The notes beneath the pieces are model-generated. The model saw only the letters and a program-made list of their open reading frames with translations, was not told where the DNA came from and searched no databases. Source: Azolla caroliniana (Eukaryota > Plantae > Polypodiophyta). Taken from it: 64,000 nucleotides of DNA. The stretch spans positions 6,820,001 to 6,884,000 of the forward strand of contig JBHGNT010000003.1 in assembly GCA_043228905.1 (NCBI GenBank). The letters are read 5' to 3'. Shown piece by piece: positions 14,130-27,534 of this stretch. Each line of letters opens with the position of its first letter. Within the stretch, counting starts at the first letter, position 1. The position numbers were made by a program, and so were the translations under genes.

Positions 14130-15200
14130 TTGTAGAGAAGAAATGGAAGTAATGATCATTTACAAAGAAGGGACTCCATATTGCAAAATTTAAAGAAAAG
14201 AACAAAGACCTTAATATGCAATGTATTCTGAGATACAAGCCACCGTCTTTCGAATATTCAAATGCAATTTGGACATTGTACACAGAAGTGGATAGGTTTA
14301 TTTGTTCCATTGAATGTTTTCATTGGAGTAAAAGCTTATATTGGGGAAGAAGCTTTTATGACCTTTGATGTACAGGATGATGGTAGGTTAACTTTCACAC
14401 ATACGAAAACTAATCCGTTTAGTTTCTGTTTGCATAAAGAAGTGAGGCTGATCACAAATGATAAATCAAATTGAATTCGTTTTGGAATATTTGGATTATG
14501 GAAGGGAGACCAATATCTCCATGAACTTGGGAAACTAGAGAATTGCATTGGAAATGTGTGTTCATATATAGTTACACCAGTTAATGGTTAGCAAATGGGG
14601 AATGTAGAAAATATCTGTCCTTTTTGTACGAATCTAGTAGAGACTGCTAAGCATTGTTTGTGGAGTTGTGACTTTGCAATGGAAATATGGAAAAGAATCA
14701 TAAGTCTGTAGACATGGAGAGCAATATTATGGGTAGCGGTACAAGAGAAACCAATGGTATATGAACAAGAGGATGTTGCATATCTTCTTGCTACGAGACA
14801 TGGTTTGATACAAAAAACATTTATACCTTTGAATCTACAAATACAAATTGATAAACCTTGAATATAGCAATTGGTAAGTAGTAGTATATTTGGAAGGCTC
14901 AATGTTTGAAGATATTCCAAAATGCGACTGAAAGACCTACCCAAATCATTTTTGAGATATGGATAGAGATTACAGTGCATAATTGCAAAGGTTCTTTTGA
15001 TAAAACAAAAGGTAACATGCAACAAGCGGAGCTCAAACGATTGGAGTTCATGCCATATGGTGCAAAGGAACATTTTATAGATGGATTTCTGATAAGGTCA
15101 AGTGGTTCTACTCTACACCAACGTATTTATTTAAGCCGACAGTTAGAACTTAGAAAGGGGCTCATTACCGAAAGGTACATGTTTTATGTATAGCCTTAAG
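14130..15200 (+). mobile_element. Decayed L1-type LINE ORF2 3' fragment (zf-RVT region)
   Basis: Frameshifted translation ENICPFCTNLVETAKHCLWSCDFAMEIWKRII fits the CxxC...ET..H..W.C zf-RVT motif. Boundaries are approximate. Confidence 0.6.
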
Positions 15201-16444
15201 GCGTTTCTTAATACTAATGTAGTATTTGTTTTGCAAAAAATAAGACAACAAAGACCTTATGAGAAGAGCCCCATCTAACAAACAAATTAGTCCAACGGTG
15301 AATAACAAATAAATGACAAGCGACTTATAAGTGATAGAGCTTGTAGCCACCTCACTTTTTCGAGCAAACATTATCACAAAAAAGAATGCGTCGAAAACAC
15401 AATCGTCAAAGTTGAAGTAAATTTGTTGTTGTTGTTGTTACGATTATATATAAACATAAACTACGTTTGAGGTCATGTAACATCGACGATCATCTTGCAG
15501 ATTTTGGAGAATACCAATAGTATTTCAGAGAGCTTGTTCTTGCAATAGTTACCATTCAAACCTAATGATTCAATATTGACATTGTAATCATTTGCTCCAT
15601 GATTATGTTTTCTACATTAGGAATGGAGACATATTTGTACTAGAAATGTGCAAAATACTCAATCCACATGGTACAATTTAATTTATAGCCTTTCTCTACT
15701 ACTTTCCCTTGCTTTCCAAAAACGGTTACTTTCGAGTTTTCTTCGTAAAGCATCCGTATTTGACACCATCTCCACATGTATTCGGCACTTTTATAACATT
15801 TCTTCAATATTGTTGGTTGTCACCTTAATAATATATCCTATTGAGGCATTTTCCTTCAAAATTTAGGAAAAGACATTCTACACGCACTCACTGGCTCAAA
15901 GTGAGATAAAGTTGTGTGGTCTTTATTGATGCACTACGCTGCACTCTTTTTGTTTTCTCAAAACATCCGAAAATTATTTTGGCATTCTTAGTCTCACATC
16001 TAAAGCGAACTTACATGACATATCACTCTCATGGGCCATGGCCACCCATTAAATCTTAATGCTCAATAGTGATTGTATTGAATGAGACTTCCACAAAGTC
16101 ATCCCACTAAATACACATATCAATAAGTGGATAGCGAAAACCACTAACAAACACATTAGATGTAGAATATATGCTTTGTAGACTAGACATGCATATAATA
16201 TATAAGATTTACATATGTATATATATAATATGTGTACGTAAAATATACACAATCTACGTGTGGATATGTAAAGAATTATCATTTGTTTGTCTAAGAACCT
16301 TTGAAAATGTCACATGACATGTAATAGTAAGTCTCGAATAGAAAACTTTTACCCATCAACTTGGATATTGGGGAAATCGCATCCGTAGACAAGTACGTTT
16401 GTAAAAGTACACACCAAAATAAAACATAACTTGTTGTATTGATA

Positions 16445-16562
16445 TGTATGTGTGTGTGTGTGTGTGTATATATGTATATATATATACGTATGTATGTATG
16501 TATGTATGTATGTATGTATGTATGTATGTATGTATGTATGTATGTATGTGTATGTATGTATG
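16445..16562. repeat. Compound microsatellite (TG)n/(TA)n/(TATG)n
   Basis: Direct reading. Confidence 0.95.
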
Positions 16563-18061
16563 ATTATAATTTATGATGTAGATTCGTAACTAGTAACAAT
16601 TCCTAATAAGGTTGATTATCATGATTTAAAAACATATACAACATGTACCAAATATTTCATGCCTCCTACCTAAGCCACCCTTAATAAATAAATACTCTAC
16701 TAGTGTTTCGCTAAATTAAATAATTGCGTGAAATTTGAAAATTAAAATTGTTTATCTATATTGTGTAAGTAATTAAAATAGTTTGCATTGACATTGACTC
16801 ATGAGTGGAACTTTTGTTTTGTTTTTCCACTCATGTGCTCAGAGAGCTTAGCATTCTGAATAATAAATTTCAAGAGGAATGCCTAAATATTACTAGCAAT
16901 GGAAATCGCCGCTTTCCATTTCACATTCCTTAATAATACATTTGTCATAGACGCACTTATACTAAATCTTTCACGGGAAAGGTAGTTAATGAAATGGATT
17001 CATGACTTTTGTTGACATTGAAGGCGTTTCGCACCAACATCACTTGCTTTTGGGCCCAATGTATACTAGTGATGAAGCGAATGTGCTTGAAACACAAAAG
17101 ATGGCAAATGTTCAATCGATTTATGTCAAAGCTATGTATGTATGTATATATATATGAAATTTGATTGTTATATTTTGTAACAATTTGTCCAAAGTACACA
17201 CACTTGTTTGCATTATTATGTCTTTATCATCTCACAATTTGTCTTTTGATGCACATGTATTTCTTTTCATATATGTGTTCTTCAAGAGTGAATACGATCA
17301 ACGCCAACTCTATCTTAAAAATTGAACCTTAATCAGGAGGTATGTGATCATCATCAAAACAAGTGAGACCAATTTTGAGGAGTTCATGTGAAGCATATGA
17401 AGAACACACGAATTGGATCATTGATCAATGACTATGTCATGTCATACACATAGAAATATCATCCTTCTATAATATTATGTGGATTTATGTAATTAATATA
17501 GATTACATCATCTTTCTACATTGTTATACTTTTTTACTATAGCAAGCTATTATATTATGTGGATTTATGAGAATGTCTTATATTTGTGCTTTTGGAGAAC
17601 TCATAAAAGTTTTAGAATCTAAATGGATTGCCAAGTTAGAATTTGTCATTCTGATAAGACATGTTTTAAAATCATAAGTCCCATGCCACACATCAATGTT
17701 GTATAAACACATTATGCATTTTGCTAACCAGTATATGTACATTGTATAGGCTTCTTGGTAAGAGAGTAAACCATCTATAAATTAGTATAATCATCGTTTT
17801 ATGTTGGGATTTCATATGTTTCTAGACATGAGCGTGGAACTTAAGAATTTGAGGCTACAAATAAATTCTGAATTATATCTCGACAAATCCCATGAAACAA
17901 TAGGTTGCACGTCATAATCCTAACATTGACAAGTTTCGGTATTTAATAACGGTGCAGAAATAATGTTTGCCCAGTTTGTAAAACAAATTGATTTTTCTAT
18001 TATGAAGGCAAGGATGAATTATTCAACAATCGACACATGTCACACACAACTCTTTGAGATG

Positions 18062-18213
18062 ATAATAGATTAGGCTCATTTGTCCTCGTATTAATGTCCA
18101 TGCATGGAGTGCTTCTTGACCATACACATTATTCAAAGAGTGATAATATATTAGGCTCATTTGTCCTCATATTAATGTCCATGCATGGAGTGCTTCTTGA
18201 CCATACACATTAT
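18062..18213. repeat. Tandem duplication, ~80 bp x2
   Basis: ATTAGGCTCATTTGTCCTC.TATTAATGTCCATGCATGGAGTGCTTCTTGACCATACACATTATT occurs twice. Confidence 0.9.
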
Positions 18214-18526
18214 TAGACGTTTATACTATATTGTGTACATTATGTTTTTTGTCATTGTTTAAGTTTAATAGTTTGATGCCATTATATTTGTTAAAATATA
18301 GGGGATAGTTAGAACTTAGATCTTCAAGACCCAAAGCAAATATACAATATGAGTTGTGACTACACCTTTGTAACTCCACTTACTTGCTCCAACCTCTCCA
18401 CAATCTTAGCTTTTGAACAAATTTGTCAATGACTACATTGAATGATTGCGTCATCCCATGAGTTACATGATTATCTTTGGAGAACAACAAATGAGGAAAA
18501 CAAAAATATTGTACATAGTTCACAAG

Positions 18527-18805
18527 TAGGAATCGGCAATGGCTCAACTCAAGCCTAAACCAAACCGTTAAAGCTGTTTTTAAATGGTTTGGCAGTTTGG
18601 CGGTTGGTTTAGGCTTCTTGAGCTTCCTTAACCGGTTTGAGCTCGGTTTGGGATGGCTCAATCCGACAGAACTGATTGGGGCCAAACCGATGAAAGGCTT
18701 AATCGGCTTGGCTAAAAATAGGTCCTAAACAAGTTTAGGCTTAACCGGTTTCGTTAGGACAATGCCAAATCAATTAAGCCGAAACCGAACCGCAATTGAT
18801 TCCTA
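18527..18805. mobile_element. Non-autonomous hAT-type MITE (~280 bp)
   Basis: Termini TAGGAATC...GATTCCTA, many AACCG/CGGTT subterminal motifs, and 8-bp flanks TTCACAAG / TTTGCAAG (decayed TSD). The left end resembles the element at 24475. Confidence 0.7.
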
Positions 18806-19300
18806 TTTGCAAGCTATAAACATCTCATACCAACAAAACCATCTTGTATCGCATCACATATGTTATCAAAGACATGTTCAGTTAATAAAAATGTGAATAG
18901 CACATGACTATTGTATCTATCTCCCATTACTATTCTCCAACCTTATGTGTTTGTGTGTGTGTGTGTGTGTGTATATATCATGTGTGTGTGTGTGAGAGAG
19001 AGAGAGTGTGTGTGTATAGACAGATACATAGATACATAGATACATGAAAATTATGATTTGCAATAAGGTGAAGATTACAATGTCATTTGACCATAAAGTG
19101 TGATTGCTTAATGCATTGCAAATTTTCTTTATTGTGGCAATGCTTTCAAGATAAAGGTAAACATTATGTTGTCATCAAAGGACTCACTCTGTGAAAGAAA
19201 ACATTGATGTTCATATGGTACTTAGAAGCTTGAAGGCCAAGTGTCTATTCTGTATTGATATTAGCAATTGTCATAAAAAGAAATTGGCATCGATTATAAC

Positions 19301-19348
19301 CCTTAGCCTTCCAAGCTAATGATGCGGGTTCGATTCCCGCTACCCGCT
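19301..19348 (+). pseudogene. trnG: Plastid-derived (NUPT) trnG-UCC exon 2, preceded by a group II intron 3' end
   Basis: CCTTAGCCTTCCAAGCTAATGATGCGGGTTCGATTCCCGCTACCCGCT is the 48-nt 3' exon of chloroplast trnG(UCC). It is preceded by TCGATTATAAC, typical of the intron end. No exon 1 is seen nearby. Confidence 0.85.
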
Positions 19349-20882
19349 AAAAATAGAACGCATGGGTGAAAGGGTTATCCAAAACGATCTTGCTTCGCCT
19401 AGACTTTTTTGTGTGGTGGTTAGTGCTAAGTTAAGTAGATTGAAGGTCCCTAACTCTTGAAAATTGTGGTTTAGATTTTTGGACTAATTTATTAAAACCT
19501 TTTTTTAAGTGTGCCAATATAGAGATTGTACCTATAAAGACAACCTCGTGCGAAGTTTGTTGCACAACACCCTTATTGCATAAAGACATTGTATGTCCCA
19601 TAATTCCATTTAGAATTGTAACGATTCTTTCCTACAAGGATGAACCAATGTTTCCACTTCTTTCTTCTTCTTTTTACAAAAAAAATAAATAATTTGAGAA
19701 GAGCTTTTAAACAAGAACATGTTTCTCCAAAGAAGGATATCAGCTCCACGTTATTAACGGATTTGATAGCTCCAAGCCATATTACATGTTCATCTTGTCT
19801 CTCATATCACAATATGAGTATATACTTATATGTATTGGCATATGCCAACTTTGTTTGTTGGTCATGTGATATTTGTGACAACTTTGTTTGGTTAATCAAT
19901 GATTCAACCATGAATGTGTAGTACATATTTATTTATATTTATATTCAACTTTTACATACTCCATATTGTTTCTTTCCTCTTTGGAAACTGGAAAAATCTT
20001 TTTCCTCACTTTTGACATTTCCTACTTGCTACTTTAGTCTACCCATGTTTTCAAAATCACCATTATTTTGCATTATATGTGTTATCTTCCAATGAACATG
20101 TATAATACACACAATGCAAAAGGAGATGTTAGACAAATCATGTGGATGTGGCAAGCTACATTGTACATGTTTTGTGTTATGTTTGTCATTGTTATCCAAA
20201 TTAATGTTTCAAGGGGTCATATTTATGGATGCTGATTACGTTTCCAATTTCATGGCAATCATCCAAGATAGAGACATATAGGGGGAAAGAGATGGCATTT
20301 CAATGTTCTCAACAAGTCATTTATACAACCTATAGGACCCTAAAAGAGCGTGATAAAATGGTCATCTTTTGATGCAAAGGTCGAGCCACATTTGACTATA
20401 AGTATTTTCTTAAGGTCACTTCTATACTTAAATAGAGAGCACACATAGATGGTGTTTCAACTTGGAGAATTCGTGTGGACTCATAAATAATTGGTGGTGG
20501 GAAACACTGTTGGATGCATGTGACTACTTCACATAGTATGAGATACAACATACTTGCTCTCCTAGTTAGGGCAAGTAAAGTATGAAAATGTATTGAACCC
20601 TAGAGAGTCTTCTCTGAGATCCATTCTCGACAAAAAAGAGAAGGATCAGATCTCTTCATATGTCAAATGACATGGAGAGCAAGAAGATGTTCCATTTGGT
20701 CATGATTGCATTATAAGGCAAATTTTGATGTCTAATAGAAGCATACCTTTCATTGTGTAGTTCAAGCAATGCTCACACATTCCACTTTTAACCCGAAGTT
20801 TGTGTCAAAGTGGTTGGCTAGAATTTAGATTTTTGTTTTTATTTGAATTTTGTGTATTGTTGCTAGTATCCCAAGCTTGGAT

Positions 20883-20883
<1 letters not shown>

Positions 20884-20932
<49 letters not shown>

Positions 20933-20960
20933 CATATATGAGAGAGAGAGAAAGAGAGAG
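20884..20960. repeat. (TA)n microsatellite followed by a (GA)n tract
   Basis: Direct reading. Confidence 0.95.
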
Positions 20961-22224
20961 AATAGAAAAACATCATTAAAAGAGAAGTCCAATGTCTCAA
21001 TGAGTACATGTTTTGTATACACAAGCATATAAAGGGCAAAGAAGGCTCCATTGTGCTGACATAATTTGGACACAAAACATCCAAAGAAGAAAACGCATCA
21101 ACTCATTAAAGTTAAAGATCATCATCTTTACTACAAAAAACTAGAGGTTTTAAGTGAGTTTGCATGCTACCTTGATTGTTTTACACTGTAGCACCCACTC
21201 AATGTTTCGATTGTGTACACTGCAATAGAGAAGTAAATATTTGGACGGATTGTTAGACCATAGTAAAATAAGCTGTAAGATAGAGGGAACACATTCAATC
21301 TTTGCCATGGGCTCAGCATCTTCCCATTAATTGTATTTTATCTTGTAAATACATACATATTTACATATATACAATTTGGCTTGGTGGTGGTTTACACCAT
21401 ACAAGAGTCATAAAATCAAGAGAACGCAAGTTCAATCCATCACATACTTCATATTTTGATGTCCCATGGACATGAAAGCGACAATGAGAAGTTGTTCTTG
21501 CAAGTACTTCCCCACCTAATTGTAGAATACACTACCCAAGCTTTCAGATGGCGATGAAATCCTGAAAGACTAAATGTCTCTTAGATTGTGGAATGGGTTT
21601 TGGAACTTCTTTATTTTGATTGTACCCCTCGTGATGCATATTTCATTGCATTTCTGTTCTATTCACCATTTTGCCCTTCTGTCTTTCCTTGATATATAGA
21701 AATTATATCCCAATCTCATGTAGATAAAATGTCTCCTTTGTTCTTATATAGGCCATTTTGGCACGCCAAAGACAAATAATTTTGTTTCTCTTTGTTCAAA
21801 AACACGACGAAATGCTTACCAGTACATGATATCTGTAAACAAATTCTATACAAATATTAAGATTAATGATCACGCATAACTCATCTCACAAAGCAAATTA
21901 GTATGATTTAATGTCATTGAAGAATTAGATGTTAGATAGACACTTACAATAAAATCTGAAGGCACTTACTTAATGGAGCTCATTTCCGATGAATCATGAA
22001 GAGAACACATGTGATGTGTTATGCATTTACATATATGTTCATGTTCTCTACTTAAAGAGTTTTAGATACATGAATAAAAAAATGGAAGCAAAAAGAAATA
22101 GATATAGTTCCAATGCTCTTAAGCTACAACATTATAGTTTGTGTCGTAGGAAGAAAAACACAATTGTTGTAATCCATGATTGTGAGGTTAGAGTTCAAGA
22201 GTTCAAGGGGTACATGTATAAAGT

Positions 22225-22440
22225 TTGAACCAATGGACGGAAATTCGCATTGCTCTCGAAGATATCACCTCCAGATGTGAAGAAGAATTCATCTTTAGTA
22301 ATAAAGGCATTCAGGCATTGTTATCTCATATATGCAGAATTCGAGTACTGGATGGTAGCTTCGCAAATCACCACTCTATCGTTAGTGTCACAATTCAGCC
22401 CTCTTGCAGGAAATCACTATATATGCCAATAACACCATGA
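22225..22440 (+). mobile_element. Possible decayed LINE endonuclease (APE) C-terminal fragment
   Basis: SRCEEEFIFSNKG...ICRIRVLDGSFANHHSIV loosely resembles the SRLDRFY...SDH.P end of L1 APE domains; the catalytic residues are lost. Confidence 0.3.
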
Positions 22441-23743
22441 ATTGACTAAAGAACTTAGCTGCACATAACAAAAATTGGATAAACTAAGCATACACATTTT
22501 TAAGACCAATATCCTATGTGCTTTCAAGTCAAAAGTATGCATGTGATGGTAAGAAGGAAACTATTATATACATAACTTCACCTCGACTCTACCCATACCA
22601 TATCAGGGAGATTCAAATACAATTACCCTCCATTATAATCATAATTGGGCACCTATAGCATTTATCCTAGTCTGCAATTTTGGATTTTAGTTTCACTAAA
22701 TTCTATTTTATATAGTAAGTTGGAATAAATCACTCTCTGATAGCTTGATCCAGACTTCATGCACCAGGAGATGCAATAAAAAAAATGTAAGCTATGGCAA
22801 CACAACAATGTGTTGGCTTACAATTGGTTTTTGAACTCATAGCATCTGGAACTTACAATGTAAGCCAAAGGGTGCCATCTTCTTTTCATTATTTTTTTGC
22901 TTGCCATCAGATTTCATTGGGAATATAATTGGTTGGTCTCATGTGTCATTATTTGGACTTTAGAAGATTTTACCATAACCTTTACTTCAAATTTCTCTTT
23001 TCTATCAAGCTAAAGAGGTTGCCTACCCATCTCATTAACATTATCTTCACTAATTATCAAAAGATATATTGATGCATCTATATATCTCATGCAACCTGAA
23101 GCCATTGACATTTGTCGTATTAATATTTCTTTTCACCTTATTAGTAGAATTCATAAAATTCTTGAGCATTAGAGTGTCACTTCTCATCGCATTACATGAA
23201 AATGATTTTTTTGGTCCCATATCACATATTTAAGCTCAGAAACCTATCTATATATCTGATCCACCCAAATCGATGCCCACCCATGTCCTTAACAATTTCT
23301 TCATCAACGATGGAAAGGTAAAGGCATTCCCAATCTGAAGTCATAATCTATCAACATTGATCCAGCCATCTCATTCAGATTTTGCCTGAATCGATTGCCA
23401 ACTTGCCTGATTGAAATTTTTTCAAATAAAACGCATCTATCAAACAATCCATCTCATCCAGCCCATGCCATTCCCTACTCACTTGGTTTAACATTTTGTT
23501 CACTAAAGATGGACTGAGTTACCTTGATGTTATGTGATGTGATGGCCAGATTAAACTAGCAAGCTTGAATGCATCAATGAACAGTGCAAGGAAAACGTAT
23601 CAATTTATCTATGTATAATCTCTACCAAACTACCTTATCCAATCAATAATCACTGGCTACTCATTATCATTGTCTTCATTAGTCATACAAAAAGACTCAC
23701 CTTGATATGATGTGATGTTGATATCGATGGAAATGTATTCAAT

Positions 23744-24265
23744 TCAACTAGCAAGCTTGAACGCATCGATGAAGAGACCATAAGAGAATCCCATCTTAAA
23801 GTTATTGAGAAGGGCAACAGAGAAGGTGGGCCGGGGCCGAGAGTAATAGAATCGAGTCACATACTCAGTGAAAAGAACACATAAAACTGCGGCGATAACA
23901 TCGTTTACACCCAATGCGCCGAACGAGAGAGATATGGTCTGAGCTACATAGAACCCACCCAGCAGAGAAATTCCGCCGAAGAGAGCTCTTCGGAATGGGC
24001 TCCGAAAATACCTCTGCGATGCTTTGGGTATGAGCCGGATCGCGTCGACGAGCCTACGCCGATTCTGTGGAATCTCTTCTCCTTCTTCTTGCCTTAATGC
24101 TCTCAAGACACCAATCCATGCCTTTCTTCTGCTTCTGCTTCTGCTTCTGCTTCTTCCAGAGCTCTGTTCCCCGGTCCAATAACTTGAGGAAGAGGAAGAT
24201 GAGAGGTTAGGGTGGTCTATGGCTATGGCCAGAGCTCTGCTAAACCCTAATCCCAAGCCCTGCAT
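23744..24265 (-). CDS. ycf20: YCF20-like (DUF565) plastid-targeted protein, similar to Arabidopsis NPQ6/At5g43050; 173 aa
   Basis: C-terminal RRALFGGISLLGGFYVAQTISLSFGALGVNDVIAAVLCV...LLNNFKMGFSYGLFIDAFKLAS. The likely start is MQGLG (ATG 24265), followed by an S/R-rich transit-like peptide; the longer ORF start lies in MITE sequence. Confidence 0.88.
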   Translation of the reverse strand: MQGLGLGFSRALAIAIDHPNLSSSSSSSYWTGEQSSGRSRSRSRSRRKAWIGVLRALRQEEGEEIPQNRRRLVDAIRLIPKASQRYFRSPFRRALFGGISLLGGFYVAQTISLSFGALGVNDVIAAVLCVLFTEYVTRFYYSRPRPTFSVALLNNFKMGFSYGLFIDAFKLAS

Positions 24266-24474
24266 CCTTGCCTGTCTCCAAAGAGAGGAAGAGACAGAGA
24301 CAGAGAGATATGTATGGCATGTGAAGTTATTTACAAATAATAGAAGAAACATGTGTTGAGTGATGAGGAAAGAAAGGATTTGAACCCAAGACCTTCTTCC
24401 ACTTGGGAAGGTTAAAATATGAAGTTTAAGACCTTCTTCACTTATAGGCAAAAAGATCAAAAGAAAAATGCAAG

Positions 24475-24954
24475 TAGCAATCGGCAATGGTTCGGCTTAA
24501 ACCGAACCGAACCGCAAAACGGCAGCTTAAACAACTTAAATGTTTCGGTTCATGTTCAGGTTCTTTGTAAACAATTCGGTTTCGGTTCAGTTCGGTTCGG
24601 TTCGTTGGAGCCATTATTGGTTTAATGGTTTTCGGTTTTAACAGTTTGAAACCATGGTTCAAATGGTTCAAATGGTTTAAATATATATAATTTGAAATAT
24701 TTAAAATTAAAATGTGAAATTTTGAATTTGACCTAACTTGAAAACCAAAACCGAACCATGAAACTGCGTTTTTAACCGTTTAACAGCTTAAAGGTTTGAA
24801 AGTCTCTAAAACCGTTCAGTTTGAGCTTCAATTTTTTGTAACGGTTCGGTTTAAACGGTTTCGTGGTTCGATTAGGTTCAGTTTAAGTTTCAAATTTTTT
24901 AAATGGTTTGAGTTTGACACTCTTCGAACTAAATTGAACCATTGCCAATTGTTA
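24475..24954. mobile_element. Non-autonomous hAT-type MITE (480 bp), ~210 bp upstream of the ycf20-like ATG
   Basis: 19-bp TIRs TAGCAATCGGCAATGGTTC / GAACCATTGCCAATTGTTA (2 mismatches), a perfect 8-bp TSD AATGCAAG (24467-24474, 24955-24962) and an AACCG-rich interior. Confidence 0.9.
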
Positions 24955-27534
24955 AATGCAAGAACCATTTGCTTGTTTGGGTCAAGTAGCGAAGAATTGT
25001 ACTTCAGACTCCTGATTAATCTAGGATTGTACTTGATACCCTAACTCGAACTTTGAGTTGTCGAGACATCAACACTGGTAAGGGTTACATCTTAGGTGTG
25101 TGTCTTTTTTATGCATGGGATCAACACAAACAGGTGGAACATCTAGTTGATGCCTAAACTATGGGTTGTGTTTCTTTGACAAGAAAGCAAGGCCAACGAT
25201 TTTTCCCCACATTTTTGCCAAAGTTGTGCATTATAACAAGACGAAATGACATATAGTATCAATAATTAGTTGATCCTGATAATATTGACCATATCAATGG
25301 TATTGCACATTTAGTAAAAAAACAATGTACGACATCGCACATAACCCAAACATGAAAGTGATGACTAACATCCTTGCACCCAAACCCATATGAAATATAT
25401 AACTTCAGCAATGTGCAAACAACATACATGATCACATGCATTCTTGGTATATAGTTGTATCATAACAATTTCTGATTTCAATTCCTTGCCATAGTCAACC
25501 ATCATCCCTACCATTCAAAATGTTATGAACGATATCTTTGCCCACAATAAATCCATATTGCATAGTGTGAACAATAGAATATAGCATCTTTGAAAGTTGA
25601 TTTGTTAATACTGCTATAAACAAGGAAATCACTTGATTGATCGTCACATGTACTTATAGGATGTAGGACTCCTAGCTCTTTTCAGACGAGCGTTCACTAG
25701 CAGAGTTATTGTGGGCAAATTACAAATGACAGTACCTTCATGTTTCCAATGGAAGTGAGAACTTAAGAGATTCTTAATGTTGTATTTTCATCTATTGTAC
25801 ATAGTGAAGAACAAACCATCTTCTCTACCTAACTTCCTCCATCTTACTTCATTCCTTGAATTAGGTGTTTTGGGCTAATATAGTAAGTACTAAAATTAAT
25901 GTATTGCTAACTTTTTTGGAGATGTATCAAGACTTGGATATAAATGTGTGATAAAGATTTAATGTGGCTTATATGGTCAAGTTAGTCCATGAATTCACAT
26001 TTGGGCCATGTGCATGTTCTTCGTGTCCAACAAGTGAGAATGAATTCTTTTTGGATAGACAATTGATCCACATATTAACATTAGTATTTACCCTCTATCC
26101 GTCCACCTTCTTAGCATTTAATTCACATTGTTGCGTTGATCAAAAGCCCAAACAACATTTGTCGAGAAATGCTAACCAAATAATCACGATTCACAACCTA
26201 CAATTACTAGAGGTGTATTATTATTACAATGATGTTGGATAAGTTTCTTTATTTAGAATATCCATGGTTTAGAATCAACAATTTAATTGTTGATTTCTTT
26301 CATCAAGGAACCTCGATCTCACCATCCTTGTCATCAAACAATAAAAGGCATTAACCTTGCTTTGCCTGGACTTTAGATATCCATAATTGAATGAAATACG
26401 GCAAGCCCTATACATGGTTAAAACCATGAACTTGTTAGGACTACACATTTTCAAGAATCCATAGCCAATGCCCCATGTCAACATATCTTAGGTCATGCCT
26501 TGGCCTATATACATTCACGAAAACCCCACATGTATAATAATATCCAAATTTTAGGCTTATGAAATACTATAAGATAATAGTATGAGTAGAGAAAGACCCT
26601 GCATGAAATAAAGACTAAAGCATGATAAAAAAGAAGCCAACAGAAATGGTTGAGGTTGTTAATCTTGCATGTTTATCTTACAACGCTAATAGAAATGGCT
26701 GAGCTGGTTAATCTTACATGTTTATCTTACAAAGCTAATAGAAATGGCTTGCTTGATAATGTTAAAGAGTTAATTTGATTTTTGATAAATTAAGATCAAG
26801 GGACCTTTCAGGTCTATAAAATAAATAAAACAGTTGAATATGGCCTCTCCACCCTACTAATTAGCCCCAAGCTGTTATCCATCATTGGCATGAGGCCTGG
26901 ATGCATCCCATCCCATATAAATATCATACAGACATGGCTCTACACTAGATATCTAGGAGAGATACCATGGCTGCTTAGCACTCACAATGGAGGTGAGAGC
27001 CTAGCCCTTTATCTAACCACGAAACCTTAGGTCTATGTCCAGACCAAAGATTATAACCACACTTTCTTTATTAACCCATGTGTCGAACATGTACAAAGTG
27101 ATGGGTCATTCTCTGGGTTATTGACTTCTTGAGGTTATCCATGTGCTCATAACATGATCCCTCTTCAATAAGTTTCTTTCCAAATTAATGATGTCAACAG
27201 CTATGTCTTCAACATGAGTAGTTGATCTCCATTCTTCCACATATTCTCGCACACTCAGATGTAAAAGAGACCATGTTGATGAGCCATACACATAGCACCT
27301 AGCGAGAGAAAAGTATGCCGCACCATAGATGCAATCATCTTGTTAATCACACTAGTGTAATGAGCAACCATGGTTTGCAATACTCCAGTGCTTAATCTAT
27401 CACCCATAGAATAGATAAACTCTCGCACAATACTTTGTCGCTTTTGGAATGCCTTTTGATTCATACAAATCCACATAGCATATTCTAAAATTGCATCGAC
27501 ATGAGGTTTCTTTCAGTGGCTTAAAGTTTAGAAT

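Noticed and set aside
19301-19348. Functional nuclear tRNA-Gly
   Set aside because: Only the 3' exon is present, with no 5' acceptor strand, D arm or A box.
19950-21700. Hints of decayed MULE/SWIM and LINE tail sequence (e.g. WCKPPP on the minus strand near 21380-21400)
   Set aside because: Too degenerate to assign or delimit without a homology search.
24266-24487. N-terminal extension of the 247-aa ycf20-like ORF
   Set aside because: It starts at a non-ATG codon inside the MITE terminus and crosses CT-rich leader sequence; ATG 24265 fits a transit peptide better.
27255-27534. Cryptic E+/DYW continuation after the PPR stop
   Set aside because: Neither the readthrough frame nor the 73-aa ORF has a PG/KP box, HxE or CxxC motif.
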